Below, one piece after another: positions 33,099 to 43,050 of a DNA stretch of 64,000 bases (positions are counted from its first letter, which is position 1; each line of letters starts with the position of its first letter). The position numbers and the translations under genes are program-made. The stretch covers positions 1 to 64,000 of IMG/VR virus record IMGVR_UViG_3300043444_000221; one strand, 5' to 3'. The notes under the pieces were generated by a model, which saw only the letters and a program-made list of their open reading frames with translations, did no database searches and was not told where the DNA came from. The stretch is from a virus.

Positions 33099-34043
33099 AT
33101 GAAAGATAAAACAATTTTTATAACAGTTCCTGCCTACAATGATCCAGCACTAATCAGAACTATTGAGGGTGCGTTGGAGAATGCCTTGTTCCCAGAAAGA
33201 TTATTTTTTTGTATAGGAATGCAGTATCATGATGACAGAATGCCAGACATCTCTAAGTATTTGGATAACCCAAACTTTAAGTTTTTATTTTATGATGTAG
33301 AGACTCGTCCAGGAGTTTACTGGGTAAGACGAGAGATGGCAGAGCAGCATAGCGGACAAGACTATTTCCTAATGATAGATTCTCATATGGTGTTTGCAAA
33401 GTATTGGGATGCTACACTAATCAATGACTATGATGCACTTGTTAGGTTGCATGGGGAAAAGACAGTATTGTCTAGGCCAACCATGAAACACGTTGGCTCA
33501 ACCTTTGATAATGGTTTTGTAACTGATGCTGTTTATTGGGGCATAACACCAAATAATGATTTAAATGTTATTGATAGGACAATTAGTCCAGCAGCAGATA
33601 GTGAACCATGGGATGGTACTAGGTACAGAAGAAGCTTCCAGTCATGCAGCCACTTCTTCTTTACAAATAAGAACTATTTAAAAGATGTTGGATTCTTCCC
33701 AATTATAAGATCATACACAGAAGAATACACCATATCTATAGCAAGCTTCTTGTCTGGATGGGATTATTACTATAACACTGAATATATTCCTATAGGTCAC
33801 GATGATGAAGAGACTACCATGGCAATTTATGGTAAGCCAATGTATACTATGGGTCAGGGAAAGCCTTATCAGGCACTATACGAAAGTCCTGATGAGAGGG
33901 TTGAGATGGCAAAGTTTCAATTCTTAGACAGCTCTTCTGTCTTTAAGGTTAAGAATCAAAGGCGTACAATAGAAGAGTTCTATGACCTGAACCCTCAACT
34001 AAAAGATATAAGGCAGATGTACATAGCAATGCTTGGCCTTTAA
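33099..34043 (+). CDS. GT60-like (Skp1 GlcNAc-transferase-like) glycosyltransferase
   Basis: IFITVPAYND, YFLMIDSHMVF..WD, EE, GWD. Confidence 0.82.
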   Translation: MKDKTIFITVPAYNDPALIRTIEGALENALFPERLFFCIGMQYHDDRMPDISKYLDNPNFKFLFYDVETRPGVYWVRREMAEQHSGQDYFLMIDSHMVFAKYWDATLINDYDALVRLHGEKTVLSRPTMKHVGSTFDNGFVTDAVYWGITPNNDLNVIDRTISPAADSEPWDGTRYRRSFQSCSHFFFTNKNYLKDVGFFPIIRSYTEEYTISIASFLSGWDYYYNTEYIPIGHDDEETTMAIYGKPMYTMGQGKPYQALYESPDERVEMAKFQFLDSSSVFKVKNQRRTIEEFYDLNPQLKDIRQMYIAMLGL

Positions 34044-34085
34044 TATTCTGGTATAATTTTGTACTGTCGTATAAGGAGGCCAAAT

Positions 34086-34664
34086 ATGGCAGACAAAAAC
34101 ACAGCAGCCCTATTAGTTGAGGTTGCAAAAAAGGAACTTGGAACTATTGAGGGTCCAAAGGATAACGAAACCAAATATGGTAAATTTACAAAGGCAAACT
34201 TTCAAGCTTGGTGCGGATCATTTGTTATGTGGTGTGCAGATCAAGCAGGTGTAAAGGTGCCAAACACTGTCTATACTCCTGCAGGTGCAGAAGGTTTTAA
34301 GAAGATGGGTACTTGGGTTGATGCTAAGAGCGGAGAAGCTCCACAGCCAGGTGACATTCTTTATTTTGATTTTCCAGAAGACGGTGTCAATAGAATTTCA
34401 CACGTTGGTATTTGTATTAAGGCTGGCAAAGATGGACTATGCACAACCATAGAAGGCAACACATCTGGGACTGCAAAGGGAGACCAGAGAAATGGTGGAA
34501 TGGTTGCAGAAAAGGTTCGTGGATATGCAAAGAATAAAAAGGGTATTCAGGTGTCTATTGTTGGATGGGGTAGACCAAAGTTTTCTCCTAATACTTCGGT
34601 AGCAGAAAAGCCTTTTGACACAGACTCAGTCACAGAAATTTATTGTGACTATTTAGAAGCATAA
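34086..34664 (+). CDS. CHAP/NlpC-like peptidoglycan hydrolase
   Basis: WCGSFV, PQPGD, SHVG, IEGNT. Confidence 0.88.
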   Translation: MADKNTAALLVEVAKKELGTIEGPKDNETKYGKFTKANFQAWCGSFVMWCADQAGVKVPNTVYTPAGAEGFKKMGTWVDAKSGEAPQPGDILYFDFPEDGVNRISHVGICIKAGKDGLCTTIEGNTSGTAKGDQRNGGMVAEKVRGYAKNKKGIQVSIVGWGRPKFSPNTSVAEKPFDTDSVTEIYCDYLEA

Positions 34665-34699
34665 TGTGTTAAAATATATTTATATAGAAGGAGGGCCAC

Positions 34700-35458
34700 A
34701 TGGCCAAATATCAATATCCGATTGACGGAGGAAAAAACAAAGGCTGGAAAATCAGCAGCAAGATGGGCTGGAGAATTCACCCAGTCCAGAAAACTAAGAA
34801 GCACCACAATGGTACTGACATCTTTGGACTTGGAAAGAAGCCATGGTACATCGAAGCATTCGCAGATGGAAAGGTTCTAAAGGCACAGAAGTCAACTGCT
34901 GCAGGTGGTGGATTTGGATACTATGTAGTTCTTTTGCACAAGATTGATGGAGAATTTTATACATCACTATACGCTCACATGGAAGAAGGATCTTTGCAGG
35001 TAAAGCCTGGACAGACAGTTACCGCTGGTACAGTTCTTGGAAAGATGGGAACTACTGGTATGTCAACTGGTGTTCACCTACACTGGGAGATCTGGAAGGG
35101 TAAGGAGCATGGATGGTCTGCAGACGGCAAGGGCTTTGTTGAGCCAATTGGATTTGTAGAAGCACTCATGGCAGCAGAAAAGGCAAAGGCATCAGCTGAT
35201 GAGGTAACCCCTTCTGACGCTCCAGCACAGCCACTGCCAGCTCACTCAACTATGCCAGAGGAAAAGCCAAAGCCAGCACCAAAGCCAGTTGCTAAGCCAG
35301 TTGCAAAAGCACCTGCTAAGGTGTATACTGTTAAGGCAGGGGATACACTGAGTGGTATTGCTACAAAGAACAAAACAACAGTAGCTAATCTAGTAAAGAT
35401 TAACGGGATCAAGGATGCTAATAAGCTATCTGTTGGTCAAAAAATTAAGCTAGCCTAG
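34700..35458 (+). CDS. M23 peptidase with LysM (endolysin)
   Basis: HNGTD, YAHM, STGVHLH; YTVKAGDTLSGIA LysM. Confidence 0.93.
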   Translation: MAKYQYPIDGGKNKGWKISSKMGWRIHPVQKTKKHHNGTDIFGLGKKPWYIEAFADGKVLKAQKSTAAGGGFGYYVVLLHKIDGEFYTSLYAHMEEGSLQVKPGQTVTAGTVLGKMGTTGMSTGVHLHWEIWKGKEHGWSADGKGFVEPIGFVEALMAAEKAKASADEVTPSDAPAQPLPAHSTMPEEKPKPAPKPVAKPVAKAPAKVYTVKAGDTLSGIATKNKTTVANLVKINGIKDANKLSVGQKIKLA

Positions 35459-35529
35459 TTGACAGATAATCACAGGGGTGGTATACTTTATATAGTATGC
35501 CACCCTTTGTGGCCTTTATAGGAGGAAAT

Positions 35530-35730
35530 ATGGAATCCAATAAAAGAAGTTTGATTAAGACATTGAGCTGGGAAACATTCCATCTCATTGGAGTAGCTGG
35601 TGTAATTTATCTTTTCACTGGCGAATGGGAGTATGCAAGCCTTGGTGCCTTGATTTATATTGCCTGGGAATCTCTAGGGTATTACATCCATGAGCGTCTT
35701 TGGGCTAAGTTTGGCAAGAAGGTAAAGTAA
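35530..35730 (+). CDS. DUF2061-like membrane protein
   Basis: RSLIKTLSW...YYIHERLW. Confidence 0.8.
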   Translation: MESNKRSLIKTLSWETFHLIGVAGVIYLFTGEWEYASLGALIYIAWESLGYYIHERLWAKFGKKVK

Positions 35731-35906
35731 TGCCAGTATATGAGTATGCATGTACATCATGCGATCATTCATTTAAAGAGACAAGAAGTATCCACGACCC
35801 ATCACCTGAGCATTTGTGCGAAAAGTGTGGGTATAGAATGCGTCAAGTAATTGGCACACCTGCTATCCAGTTTAAGGGTAGCGGATTCTATCAAACAGAT
35901 AAGTAG
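35730..35906 (+). CDS. FmdB-family zinc ribbon protein (58 aa, not in ORF track)
   Basis: MPVYEYAC..C...C..CG...FKGSGFY.TD. Confidence 0.88.
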   Translation: MPVYEYACTSCDHSFKETRSIHDPSPEHLCEKCGYRMRQVIGTPAIQFKGSGFYQTDK

Positions 35907-35914
35907 GAGTAGGC

Positions 35915-36151
35915 ATGGAAATTGCAATATCTCATGAATGGACATTGACAGCTAATGATCGTTGCGACAGCTGTGGTGCACAGGCATATGTACAGGTAAC
36001 TGGAGTATCTGGAGACCTACTGTTTTGTTCTCACCACTACAATAAGATTGTAGATAATGCTGTTGGATATGACAAAATGATGAAGTTTGCATTCAAGATA
36101 GTTGATGAGCGAGAACGTCTTGAAGAGAATCGGACAAAGGGTGAAGACTAA
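35915..36151 (+). CDS. Small zinc-binding protein of actinobacterial type
   Basis: LTANDRCDSCGAQAYV...LLFCSHH. Confidence 0.75.
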   Translation: MEIAISHEWTLTANDRCDSCGAQAYVQVTGVSGDLLFCSHHYNKIVDNAVGYDKMMKFAFKIVDERERLEENRTKGED

Positions 36152-37145
36152 AAGAGTATTGCTTACTGGCGGTGCTGGATTTTTGGGTAGTCACGTCTTA
36201 AAGCGTATCCTAGATACAACTGATTGGGAAGTTGTCTGCCTAGTTACATTCAAGCATCATGGCATTCAGGATAGACTTGTATTTGCAACTGAAAATTTGC
36301 CAGAAAAGCTTGGTAGGGTAAAGGTTCTGACCTGCGACCTATCTTCGCCAATATCGTCAGTAACATCAAATAAGATTGGCAAGATTGACTATGTTCTAGA
36401 TTTAGCAAGTGAAAGCCATGTAAACAGAAGCATTGAAGATCCTGCACCATTTATTATTAATAATGTTCAGGTTATTTGTCATATGCTTGAGTGGGCCAGA
36501 GAAGCAAAGCCTGAAAAGTTTATTCACATATCTACTGATGAAGTGTTTGGTCCATATCAGGGAAGACATTTTACTGAGTGGGACACACACTTGCCAAGCA
36601 ATCCATATAGTGCATCTAAGGCTGCACAAGAAGATATTATGTATTCCTATTGGAGAACATACTCTATGCCTTTGGCAATAGTAAACATCATGAATATCGT
36701 TGGCGAGTGCCAGAATGTTGAAAAGTTTACACCAATGATAATTAAAAAAATTATTAATAATGAGACCGTAGACATTCATACATATGACAATGGCAAAATT
36801 GGCAAGAGATACTGGCTTTATGCTGGCAATATGGCATCAGCACTACTGCACATACTGACAAAAGATTTTGTGCTGCCATCTGATTCTAGCAAACCACTAA
36901 GGTTTAATATTGCTGGAGATAAAGAGTACTCTAATTTAGAGTGGGCAGAAAAGATCTCGTCAATACTTGACAAAAAATTAAATTATCAGATGGTTGATTC
37001 ATCAGTTTCACGTCCAGGATATGACTCTAGCTATGCTCTAGACAATAGCAAACTAATAGAGTCTGGTTGGTCTGCACCGTATGATCTTGATCAAGAAGTA
37101 AGCAACATAGTTAAATGGTATATGGAGAACCCAGAATGGTTATAA
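36141..37145 (+). CDS. dTDP-glucose 4,6-dehydratase-like
   Basis: TGGAGFLG, ASESHVNRSI, ISTDEV, YSASK, RPG.D. Confidence 0.9.
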   Translation: MKTKRVLLTGGAGFLGSHVLKRILDTTDWEVVCLVTFKHHGIQDRLVFATENLPEKLGRVKVLTCDLSSPISSVTSNKIGKIDYVLDLASESHVNRSIEDPAPFIINNVQVICHMLEWAREAKPEKFIHISTDEVFGPYQGRHFTEWDTHLPSNPYSASKAAQEDIMYSYWRTYSMPLAIVNIMNIVGECQNVEKFTPMIIKKIINNETVDIHTYDNGKIGKRYWLYAGNMASALLHILTKDFVLPSDSSKPLRFNIAGDKEYSNLEWAEKISSILDKKLNYQMVDSSVSRPGYDSSYALDNSKLIESGWSAPYDLDQEVSNIVKWYMENPEWL

Positions 37146-38332
37146 GGGATAAGTGTCGTGCATGCAATAGCACAAAACTATTTACAGCGATTGATCTTGG
37201 GCTACAGCCTTTGGCAGGTGGCTTCATAAAAGATAAAGAGCCAGCATACTTGTATCCAAATGCTATGTTGGTTTGTGAGGATTGCGGTCTTGGCCAACTT
37301 TCTGTTGATGTCACTCCTAGTGAGCTGTATAAGAATTATAACTGGAGAACATCAACAAGTAAGTCTTATCTTGACTACATATATGATTTTGCAGATAAGC
37401 ATATTATTCCAAGAATAAACCCAGGGGAATGGGTCCTTGAAATTGCAAGTAATGATGGATATCTATTAAAATATCTAAAATCAAAAGGTATTGATGTTCT
37501 GGGGGTAGACCCTGCAGAGAATATATCTAGATATGCTATCTGTGATGGTGTACCAGTAATCACAGATTTTTTTGGAACTGCTGTTGCAGAAGACATAGTT
37601 AGACTAAAGGGCAAGCCTAAGTGGATTGTTGCTAATAATGTTATGGCACATACACCAGATATTCAGGACTTTATGGCAGGCATATCAATGCTGTCTGATA
37701 GGGATACTATTGTTACGGTAGAGAATCCAACTATCATGAACATTATTGATCACGATCACTTTGACGTTATTTTCCATGAGCATTATTCCTATTTGTCTGC
37801 ACATGCAGTTGCAAAACTTGCTAATCGCATGGGGCTATCACTATTTGATGTTCAGTCAGTGCCACCGCAGGGTGGGTCAAATAGGTACTGGATAAAGCAG
37901 GGCGGAGAGCCAACTGAGGGAGTTAGGGTTGCAGTTAGAGAAGAGTTGGAGTATGGTCTACTAAATAAAGATAAGTGGCAAGCTACTCAAGATAGGATTA
38001 CACGTAATGCCAAATCTTTTGCTGGCAAGGTAGAATCTATTTGGCAGTCTGGTGGCACCATTTGTGGAGTTGGAGCATCTGCAAAGTCAACTGTTGTTTT
38101 AAATTTTGCAGGAATACAGTCGCACAGAATCTCTGCAGTTGCAGATGATGTAAAAGAAAAACAGGGATACAATATTCCTGGACCAATTATTCCAATTACA
38201 AGCATGGAAGATATGCTAAAATTGAATCCAACTGATATAATAGTTTTTGCGTGGAATATTAGAAAAGAACTAGAGAGTAAGCTACGCAACTTGGGATACA
38301 CAGGAAAAGTCTGGGTATGGAACGGAGAATAG
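37136..38332 (+). CDS. NDP-hexose C-methyltransferase
   Basis: CRAC...C..C zinc domain, EIASNDG, NVMAH, HEH, GASAK, AWN. Confidence 0.88.
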   Translation: MVIRDKCRACNSTKLFTAIDLGLQPLAGGFIKDKEPAYLYPNAMLVCEDCGLGQLSVDVTPSELYKNYNWRTSTSKSYLDYIYDFADKHIIPRINPGEWVLEIASNDGYLLKYLKSKGIDVLGVDPAENISRYAICDGVPVITDFFGTAVAEDIVRLKGKPKWIVANNVMAHTPDIQDFMAGISMLSDRDTIVTVENPTIMNIIDHDHFDVIFHEHYSYLSAHAVAKLANRMGLSLFDVQSVPPQGGSNRYWIKQGGEPTEGVRVAVREELEYGLLNKDKWQATQDRITRNAKSFAGKVESIWQSGGTICGVGASAKSTVVLNFAGIQSHRISAVADDVKEKQGYNIPGPIIPITSMEDMLKLNPTDIIVFAWNIRKELESKLRNLGYTGKVWVWNGE

Positions 38333-38333
38333 T

Positions 38334-38750
38334 ATGTACGAATATTATGTAAATGAAGTAACTAACGTAGTAGATGGAGACACCATTGACGTTGTAATTG
38401 ATCTAGGCTTTGATATCCTGTTCAAGAGTCGTGTTCGTCTGGCTGGTATTGATACCCCAGAGTCACGTACATCTGATAAAGCTGAGAAGGCACTTGGACT
38501 TGAGGCAAAGGAATATCTTAAGAAAAATATCAAGGCTGCCAAAAAGGTTGTTATTCGTACAGAGAAGATGGATTCTTCTGAGAAGTATGGCCGTATCCTT
38601 GGTTGGGTCTATCTAGATGGAGATTCTGAATCTATTAACAACAAGATGATTAACGAAGGCTATGCGTGGGGTTATCTTGGTGAGACTAAGATTAAAGATT
38701 TTGATGCACTTGCAAAAGCACGTGCTAATGCAGCAACCAAAAATAAGTAA
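38334..38750 (+). CDS. Thermonuclease (SNase-like)
   Basis: VVDGDT, VRLAGIDTPE, KYGRIL. Confidence 0.92.
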   Translation: MYEYYVNEVTNVVDGDTIDVVIDLGFDILFKSRVRLAGIDTPESRTSDKAEKALGLEAKEYLKKNIKAAKKVVIRTEKMDSSEKYGRILGWVYLDGDSESINNKMINEGYAWGYLGETKIKDFDALAKARANAATKNK

Positions 38751-38775
38751 TCACTAATAGCAGTATAATATTATC

Positions 38776-39213
38776 ATGGAATATATACTTGGTGCTATTG
38801 TGACGCTAGCCACTATTGCCTTTATTTCTAATAAAATAAACAATAGCAAAACCATGCGTCTTAGGGTCAACATTCAATACAACCAAACACGTGCATTTGA
38901 GCTTACTAAGCCATTAGATCTTTTCAATGCTATGGTTGATATGGTTGCAAATCCCATCATTACTCAGACTACCAAACATCATGACTCTATGCATGTAAAG
39001 GTTGTTATTGCAGACAATGAAGCCTACTGGATTTCAAACAATAAATTTTATGTGGCTGATGTTAGAGATAAAATGGTTATCCAGGAATCAGCAAGAGAAG
39101 TTGACACAATGACCATGGATGATGTAGAATTGAAAAAGATAAGCGAAATTGTAGAGATACTTAGGAAGGAAGATAAGAATGATCGTGGTAGTTCAGGGAA
39201 CAAAAAACTTTAA
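38776..39213 (+). CDS. Hypothetical membrane-anchored protein
   Basis: Leaderless start; N-terminal TM segment. Confidence 0.7.
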   Translation: MEYILGAIVTLATIAFISNKINNSKTMRLRVNIQYNQTRAFELTKPLDLFNAMVDMVANPIITQTTKHHDSMHVKVVIADNEAYWISNNKFYVADVRDKMVIQESAREVDTMTMDDVELKKISEIVEILRKEDKNDRGSSGNKKL

Positions 39214-39529
39214 TGACTACTCAATCTTTTTGTCTGGTATGCGTTCAGCACTCATACGCAAGGACGAGGCTGACAAAGAGTTTATAGTATTTACAGCAGG
39301 ACCCATAAACATAAACAATATGGCTATGGAGTTTCTTAATGTTACAGAACGAAGCCTAAAGGCTAAGGGCATTAAGAGCAAGCTTGTAAAAATTCCACCA
39401 AGGTGGATTGAAGATAATCATGCCGAAATTGATTACTTCGCCTTCTACTGCCTGCCAAAAGAATCACTTCCAGACTCTGTGCAAACTGCCAGAGCCAAGG
39501 ATGTTGACGTGCAGGTATATAGGCACTAA
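39179..39529 (+). CDS. YspA/SLOG-like protein
   Basis: MIVVVQGTKNFNDY resembles the IIVAGSR.F.DY pattern. Confidence 0.55.
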   Translation: MIVVVQGTKNFNDYSIFLSGMRSALIRKDEADKEFIVFTAGPININNMAMEFLNVTERSLKAKGIKSKLVKIPPRWIEDNHAEIDYFAFYCLPKESLPDSVQTARAKDVDVQVYRH

Positions 39530-39566
39530 CAAAATAAACAATAATATGTACACAAGGGGTATATAA

Positions 39567-39776
39567 ATGAACATTAAGTCACTAGACAAGATGGAATCAA
39601 TTGTAAAATCAAACAAGTCACTAAGCTGGCGTGGTTGGGACGTGGTCAATATCATTCCTAATCCAACTGCATGGTCAAAGCCAAATGGTGCGTTTGTCCG
39701 TGGTCGCTGGTATATTAAGCAGGTGTTCCCAGTAACCGAAAATGGATGGGATATTCCAGACAGATTTGTGAGGTAG
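39567..39776 (+). CDS. Hypothetical protein
   Basis: ORF within the operon, Trp-rich. Confidence 0.7.
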   Translation: MNIKSLDKMESIVKSNKSLSWRGWDVVNIIPNPTAWSKPNGAFVRGRWYIKQVFPVTENGWDIPDRFVR

Positions 39777-39779
39777 TCT

Positions 39780-40067
39780 ATGGCAAGAGCTAAAGACGAA
39801 TGGATAGAAAAAGCTAGATGCAAAAACTTTGATACTAATCTATTTTTTGATACATATGAGGAAGACCTAGAGATCCGTGAGGATGTTGATACGCTTTGCT
39901 CAATGTGTCCAGTTGCACGTCATTGCTTTGCTGTTGGAGTATCGCAAAAAGGCTGGGGTGTCTGGGGAGGAATCTATCTGGAAGATGGAGAGATCTCTCG
40001 TGAGTTTAATAGACACAAGAATAAGGCCAAGTGGGCTGCAACCTGGAAGTATTTGACGGTAGATTAA
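39780..40067 (+). CDS. whiB: WhiB-family transcription factor
   Basis: Four Cys (C...CSMCPV...C) and GVWGG. Confidence 0.92.
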   Translation: MARAKDEWIEKARCKNFDTNLFFDTYEEDLEIREDVDTLCSMCPVARHCFAVGVSQKGWGVWGGIYLEDGEISREFNRHKNKAKWAATWKYLTVD

Positions 40068-40068
40068 A

Positions 40069-40311
40069 GTGTATACAGATTCAATGAAGACAGCATTTAG
40101 ATCGCTGGCACATTATGCACCAAAGGGATTTAAGGTAACCATTATAGACAATGACACCTTTATCACTGTAAAGGCAAATGAGCCAGATTTTATGAAACTA
40201 CTTGACGAAGACAAGCGTCGTGCTGTAGAATATATGGTAAGGGTCAAGAAGGCCTTAGAAGATAATGGAGCTATCGTACTACTGGTACGAGAGGGTGGAA
40301 AGGACATATAG
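40069..40311 (+). CDS. Hypothetical protein
   Basis: Coupled ORF. Confidence 0.7.
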   Translation: MYTDSMKTAFRSLAHYAPKGFKVTIIDNDTFITVKANEPDFMKLLDEDKRRAVEYMVRVKKALEDNGAIVLLVREGGKDI

Positions 40312-40805
40312 TGCAAACTTTTTTGCCGTCCAAAGATTTTGATACTGCTGCTAACATGCTTGACTCAAAGCGATTGAACAAGCAGATTCTTGAAGCATAT
40401 CAAATTCTCAAGGTGCTATCAAACAATGATCCAAAAGCAGCATGGCGTAATCATCCTGCAGTAAAGATGTGGCGTGGACATGAGCATGGGCTGTTTGTCT
40501 ATGCACTTGCCATGGTTAAGGAAGCTAAGAGTCGTGGCATCAAAACAGATAAGAACATGGATAATCTGGTATCACTTCGTGTCATGCATCTAAAAAACTG
40601 GGGACATGGGATGCCAACATGGTATCAAAATTCTGAAGAAATGCATAGGATTACCGTGACGCATCGTGCACGACTAAGTGTTAAAGATCCAATCTATTAT
40701 GCACATTTCTTCATGTTCCGCAACCATGCTGACAATACACCATGCTGTGAAACCTGTCAGTACTATTGGCCAACACATGTATCAGATCGAAAGGTTGTAA
40801 AATGA
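40311..40805 (+). CDS. Pyrimidine-dimer DNA glycosylase-like protein
   Basis: MQTFLP, LD.KRL.KQ..E..Q, HPAVKMW, Y.WP. Confidence 0.85.
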   Translation: MQTFLPSKDFDTAANMLDSKRLNKQILEAYQILKVLSNNDPKAAWRNHPAVKMWRGHEHGLFVYALAMVKEAKSRGIKTDKNMDNLVSLRVMHLKNWGHGMPTWYQNSEEMHRITVTHRARLSVKDPIYYAHFFMFRNHADNTPCCETCQYYWPTHVSDRKVVK

Positions 40806-41221
40806 TTGAAACAATTATAATTGCAATTCAGTCTATACTACTTATCGTTGCACTTTATGGATGGATCTTTCTTAAGAAAACTCAGGTAAACTTGGTACTT
40901 AAGCTAACTCAGTCACAGCTTGACCAAAACATGTTGCAGCAAAAGTTGGCACAAATAAATGAAGACAAAAGACTTCTTGAGTCAGAAGAGTTTATGCAAT
41001 TCTTGACATCAAGCAGAGAATATGCTTTTGAGTATATTGAGGCAGTGCAAGAGGCTATTTCAGAATATAACAGTGTGGTTGAGCCAATCCTAAACTATCA
41101 CAAAAATTATGGTATGGCTTTTGGAATGGACAGTGTTCCATTCCGAAACCTTGAGGATATCTCAAAGGCACATGAAGCATTGATGGAAATAATGCCATCT
41201 GAACCAAATAAACTAAACTAA
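40802..41221 (+). CDS. Hypothetical membrane-anchored protein
   Basis: N-terminal TM; FL..SREYAFEYIE. Confidence 0.7.
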   Translation: MIETIIIAIQSILLIVALYGWIFLKKTQVNLVLKLTQSQLDQNMLQQKLAQINEDKRLLESEEFMQFLTSSREYAFEYIEAVQEAISEYNSVVEPILNYHKNYGMAFGMDSVPFRNLEDISKAHEALMEIMPSEPNKLN

Positions 41222-41229
41222 GGAATATA

Positions 41230-41388
41230 ATGAGAGACATTTTCTTTTCAGTTTTAACTGGCTTTATCTGTGGTGTAGCATTTGCTGCATTTAGATTGCC
41301 AGTTCCTGCACCACCAGTATTTGCTGGGGTAGCAGGCATTATTGGCCTATGGGCTGGTTATGCTATACTAATAAAGGTAATATCCTAG
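41230..41388 (+). CDS. XapX/DUF1427-like small membrane protein (52 aa, not in ORF track)
   Basis: LPVPAPPVFAGVAGIIG. Confidence 0.8.
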   Translation: MRDIFFSVLTGFICGVAFAAFRLPVPAPPVFAGVAGIIGLWAGYAILIKVIS

Positions 41389-41397
41389 GAGGAAACC

Positions 41398-41688
41398 ATG
41401 AATGAACAACTAAAGGCAATGCTTGCATCATACGGACGCTCAGTCCTTGGTGCTGCATCAACACTATATCTTGCTGGCGTAACTGATCCAGCAGATCTTG
41501 TTTGGTCACTTGTAGGTGCTATTGCACCAGTAGTAATTCGCTACGTCAATCCAAACGACCCAGCATTTGGTCGTGCACCAAAGGTGGAAGAGGTTGAGGT
41601 TGCTCTCGCTACAGCAAAGCCAAAGAAGGCTCCTGTAAAGAAGGCACCTGCTAAGAAGGCTCCAGCAAAGAAGCCAGCTAGCAAGTAA
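41398..41688 (+). CDS. Holin-like membrane protein with PAKK tail
   Basis: SYGRS...NPNDPAFG; KKAP repeats. Confidence 0.65.
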   Translation: MNEQLKAMLASYGRSVLGAASTLYLAGVTDPADLVWSLVGAIAPVVIRYVNPNDPAFGRAPKVEEVEVALATAKPKKAPVKKAPAKKAPAKKPASK

Positions 41689-41703
41689 ACCTAATATAGA
41701 TTT

Positions 41704-41735
41704 GGCAGGCTGCAAATTGTGGCCTGCCTTTTCTT
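41704..41735 (+). terminator. Intrinsic terminator
   Basis: GGCAGGCTGC / GTGGCCTGCC followed by TTTTCTT. Confidence 0.8.
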
Positions 41736-41799
41736 ATGCTATAATTATTATGCCTGCCATTTGGGGGCAATTAACTCGCTTAATAAAGGAGATGATACT

Positions 41800-42186
41800 A
41801 TGGTTATTAACACACCATTCGCAGGACTTGGTCTAGATATTGACAAGTTCTTTGCACTAAATACAACTACCCCAGCATACCCACCATATAACGTTGTCAA
41901 GATTCATGACGATAAGGTTGTACTTGAGTTTGCGGTTGCTGGATTCAAGAAGGACGACATCAGTATTGTAACTGAAAAGAATGTCCTATCAATCAAGGGT
42001 GAGAAGCAGGTTGATGAGCGTACATACCTACACAAGGGTATTGCTGCTCGCAAGTTTGCAAGATCATTCACACTACCAGAATATTTTGAGGTAGAATCGG
42101 CAGGATATGAGGATGGCATTCTTTATATTGATTTGATCCGCAATATCCCAGAAGAAAAGAAACCAAAGCAGATTAGTATTAACTAA
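41800..42186 (+). CDS. Small heat shock protein Hsp20
   Basis: YPPYNV, AVAGF, HKGIA.R.F.RSF.L, DGIL; AGGAG RBS. Confidence 0.93.
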   Translation: MVINTPFAGLGLDIDKFFALNTTTPAYPPYNVVKIHDDKVVLEFAVAGFKKDDISIVTEKNVLSIKGEKQVDERTYLHKGIAARKFARSFTLPEYFEVESAGYEDGILYIDLIRNIPEEKKPKQISIN

Positions 42187-42190
42187 TCAA

Positions 42191-42218
42191 AAGCCCTGGG
42201 CATGGCTTAAAACTGCCC
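42191..42218 (+). other. H-type RNA pseudoknot motif, copy 1
   Basis: AAGCC-CT-GGGCA-T-GGCTT-AAAAC-TGCCC, 4 nt after the hsp20 stop. Confidence 0.7.
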
Positions 42219-42239
42219 ACACTATGCTATAATAATCCT

Positions 42240-42521
42240 ATGACTCAGCATGCACTAGTAACCCTTTCAAGCTCTACAGCTACCAGGCTAACCCCTAATG
42301 GAATACATTCAGGACTAGATATAACTCTTCAGAATGTAGACGATGTAGCATATGTTTATATTGGAGGAGAGGGAGTTACCAGATTAAATTATGGATATCG
42401 TATTGCCCCTGGTCATGCAATATCTTGGGAGCTTCCAGGAAATGATTCTCTTTATGCAATCACAGATACTAACCTATCCAAGCTAGCAATTTTAAAAACA
42501 AGTCTTGAGAGTGGAAGTTAA
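42240..42521 (+). CDS. Hypothetical beta-rich protein
   Basis: Leaderless start; QN....VYIGG..V....G. Confidence 0.7.
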   Translation: MTQHALVTLSSSTATRLTPNGIHSGLDITLQNVDDVAYVYIGGEGVTRLNYGYRIAPGHAISWELPGNDSLYAITDTNLSKLAILKTSLESGS

Positions 42522-43036
42522 TGTCAAGATTTACTAATCATACAGATGGAACACCAGGACCACAGGGCCCTGCTGGCGAACCTGGATACGGAGCACTTAC
42601 TAGATGGTCACCAAATTTTAAGGCAACTGGACTTTCTTTTACTGGAACAGGAAGCTCTTACCCAACATACAACTCTTATTATGCTAAAAATGGTCACATA
42701 GTTAGTTTTTGGATTGAAATTGATCTAGATACTGTTACTAATTTTGGAACTGGTCAGTACATAACAGAGTTGCCCTTTATGCCAATTGCTGGCTCAATGA
42801 ATCACTTTTCTGGCTGGGCACTCGTTGATCCAACACAAAACCCAGATCTCGCAGGGCATATTATTCTTAATGCAGACCACCTTGTAAATACAAAAGACCT
42901 TGATCTTCACTACATAAAGCAAGCAGGCGGATCAAAAACTGCTATTATGGAAGCAATGTTTACCCAAGATAATCCAGTAACTCTAACTACAGATACAACC
43001 ATTTATATCAATGGAACATATCTTACTAATGAATAG
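42521..43036 (+). CDS. Tail-fibre-like protein with a short collagen-like stretch
   Basis: GTPGPQGPAGEPG; LPF motif; C-terminal INGTY. Confidence 0.6.
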   Translation: MSRFTNHTDGTPGPQGPAGEPGYGALTRWSPNFKATGLSFTGTGSSYPTYNSYYAKNGHIVSFWIEIDLDTVTNFGTGQYITELPFMPIAGSMNHFSGWALVDPTQNPDLAGHIILNADHLVNTKDLDLHYIKQAGGSKTAIMEAMFTQDNPVTLTTDTTIYINGTYLTNE

Positions 43037-43050
43037 GATATAATATAGTT

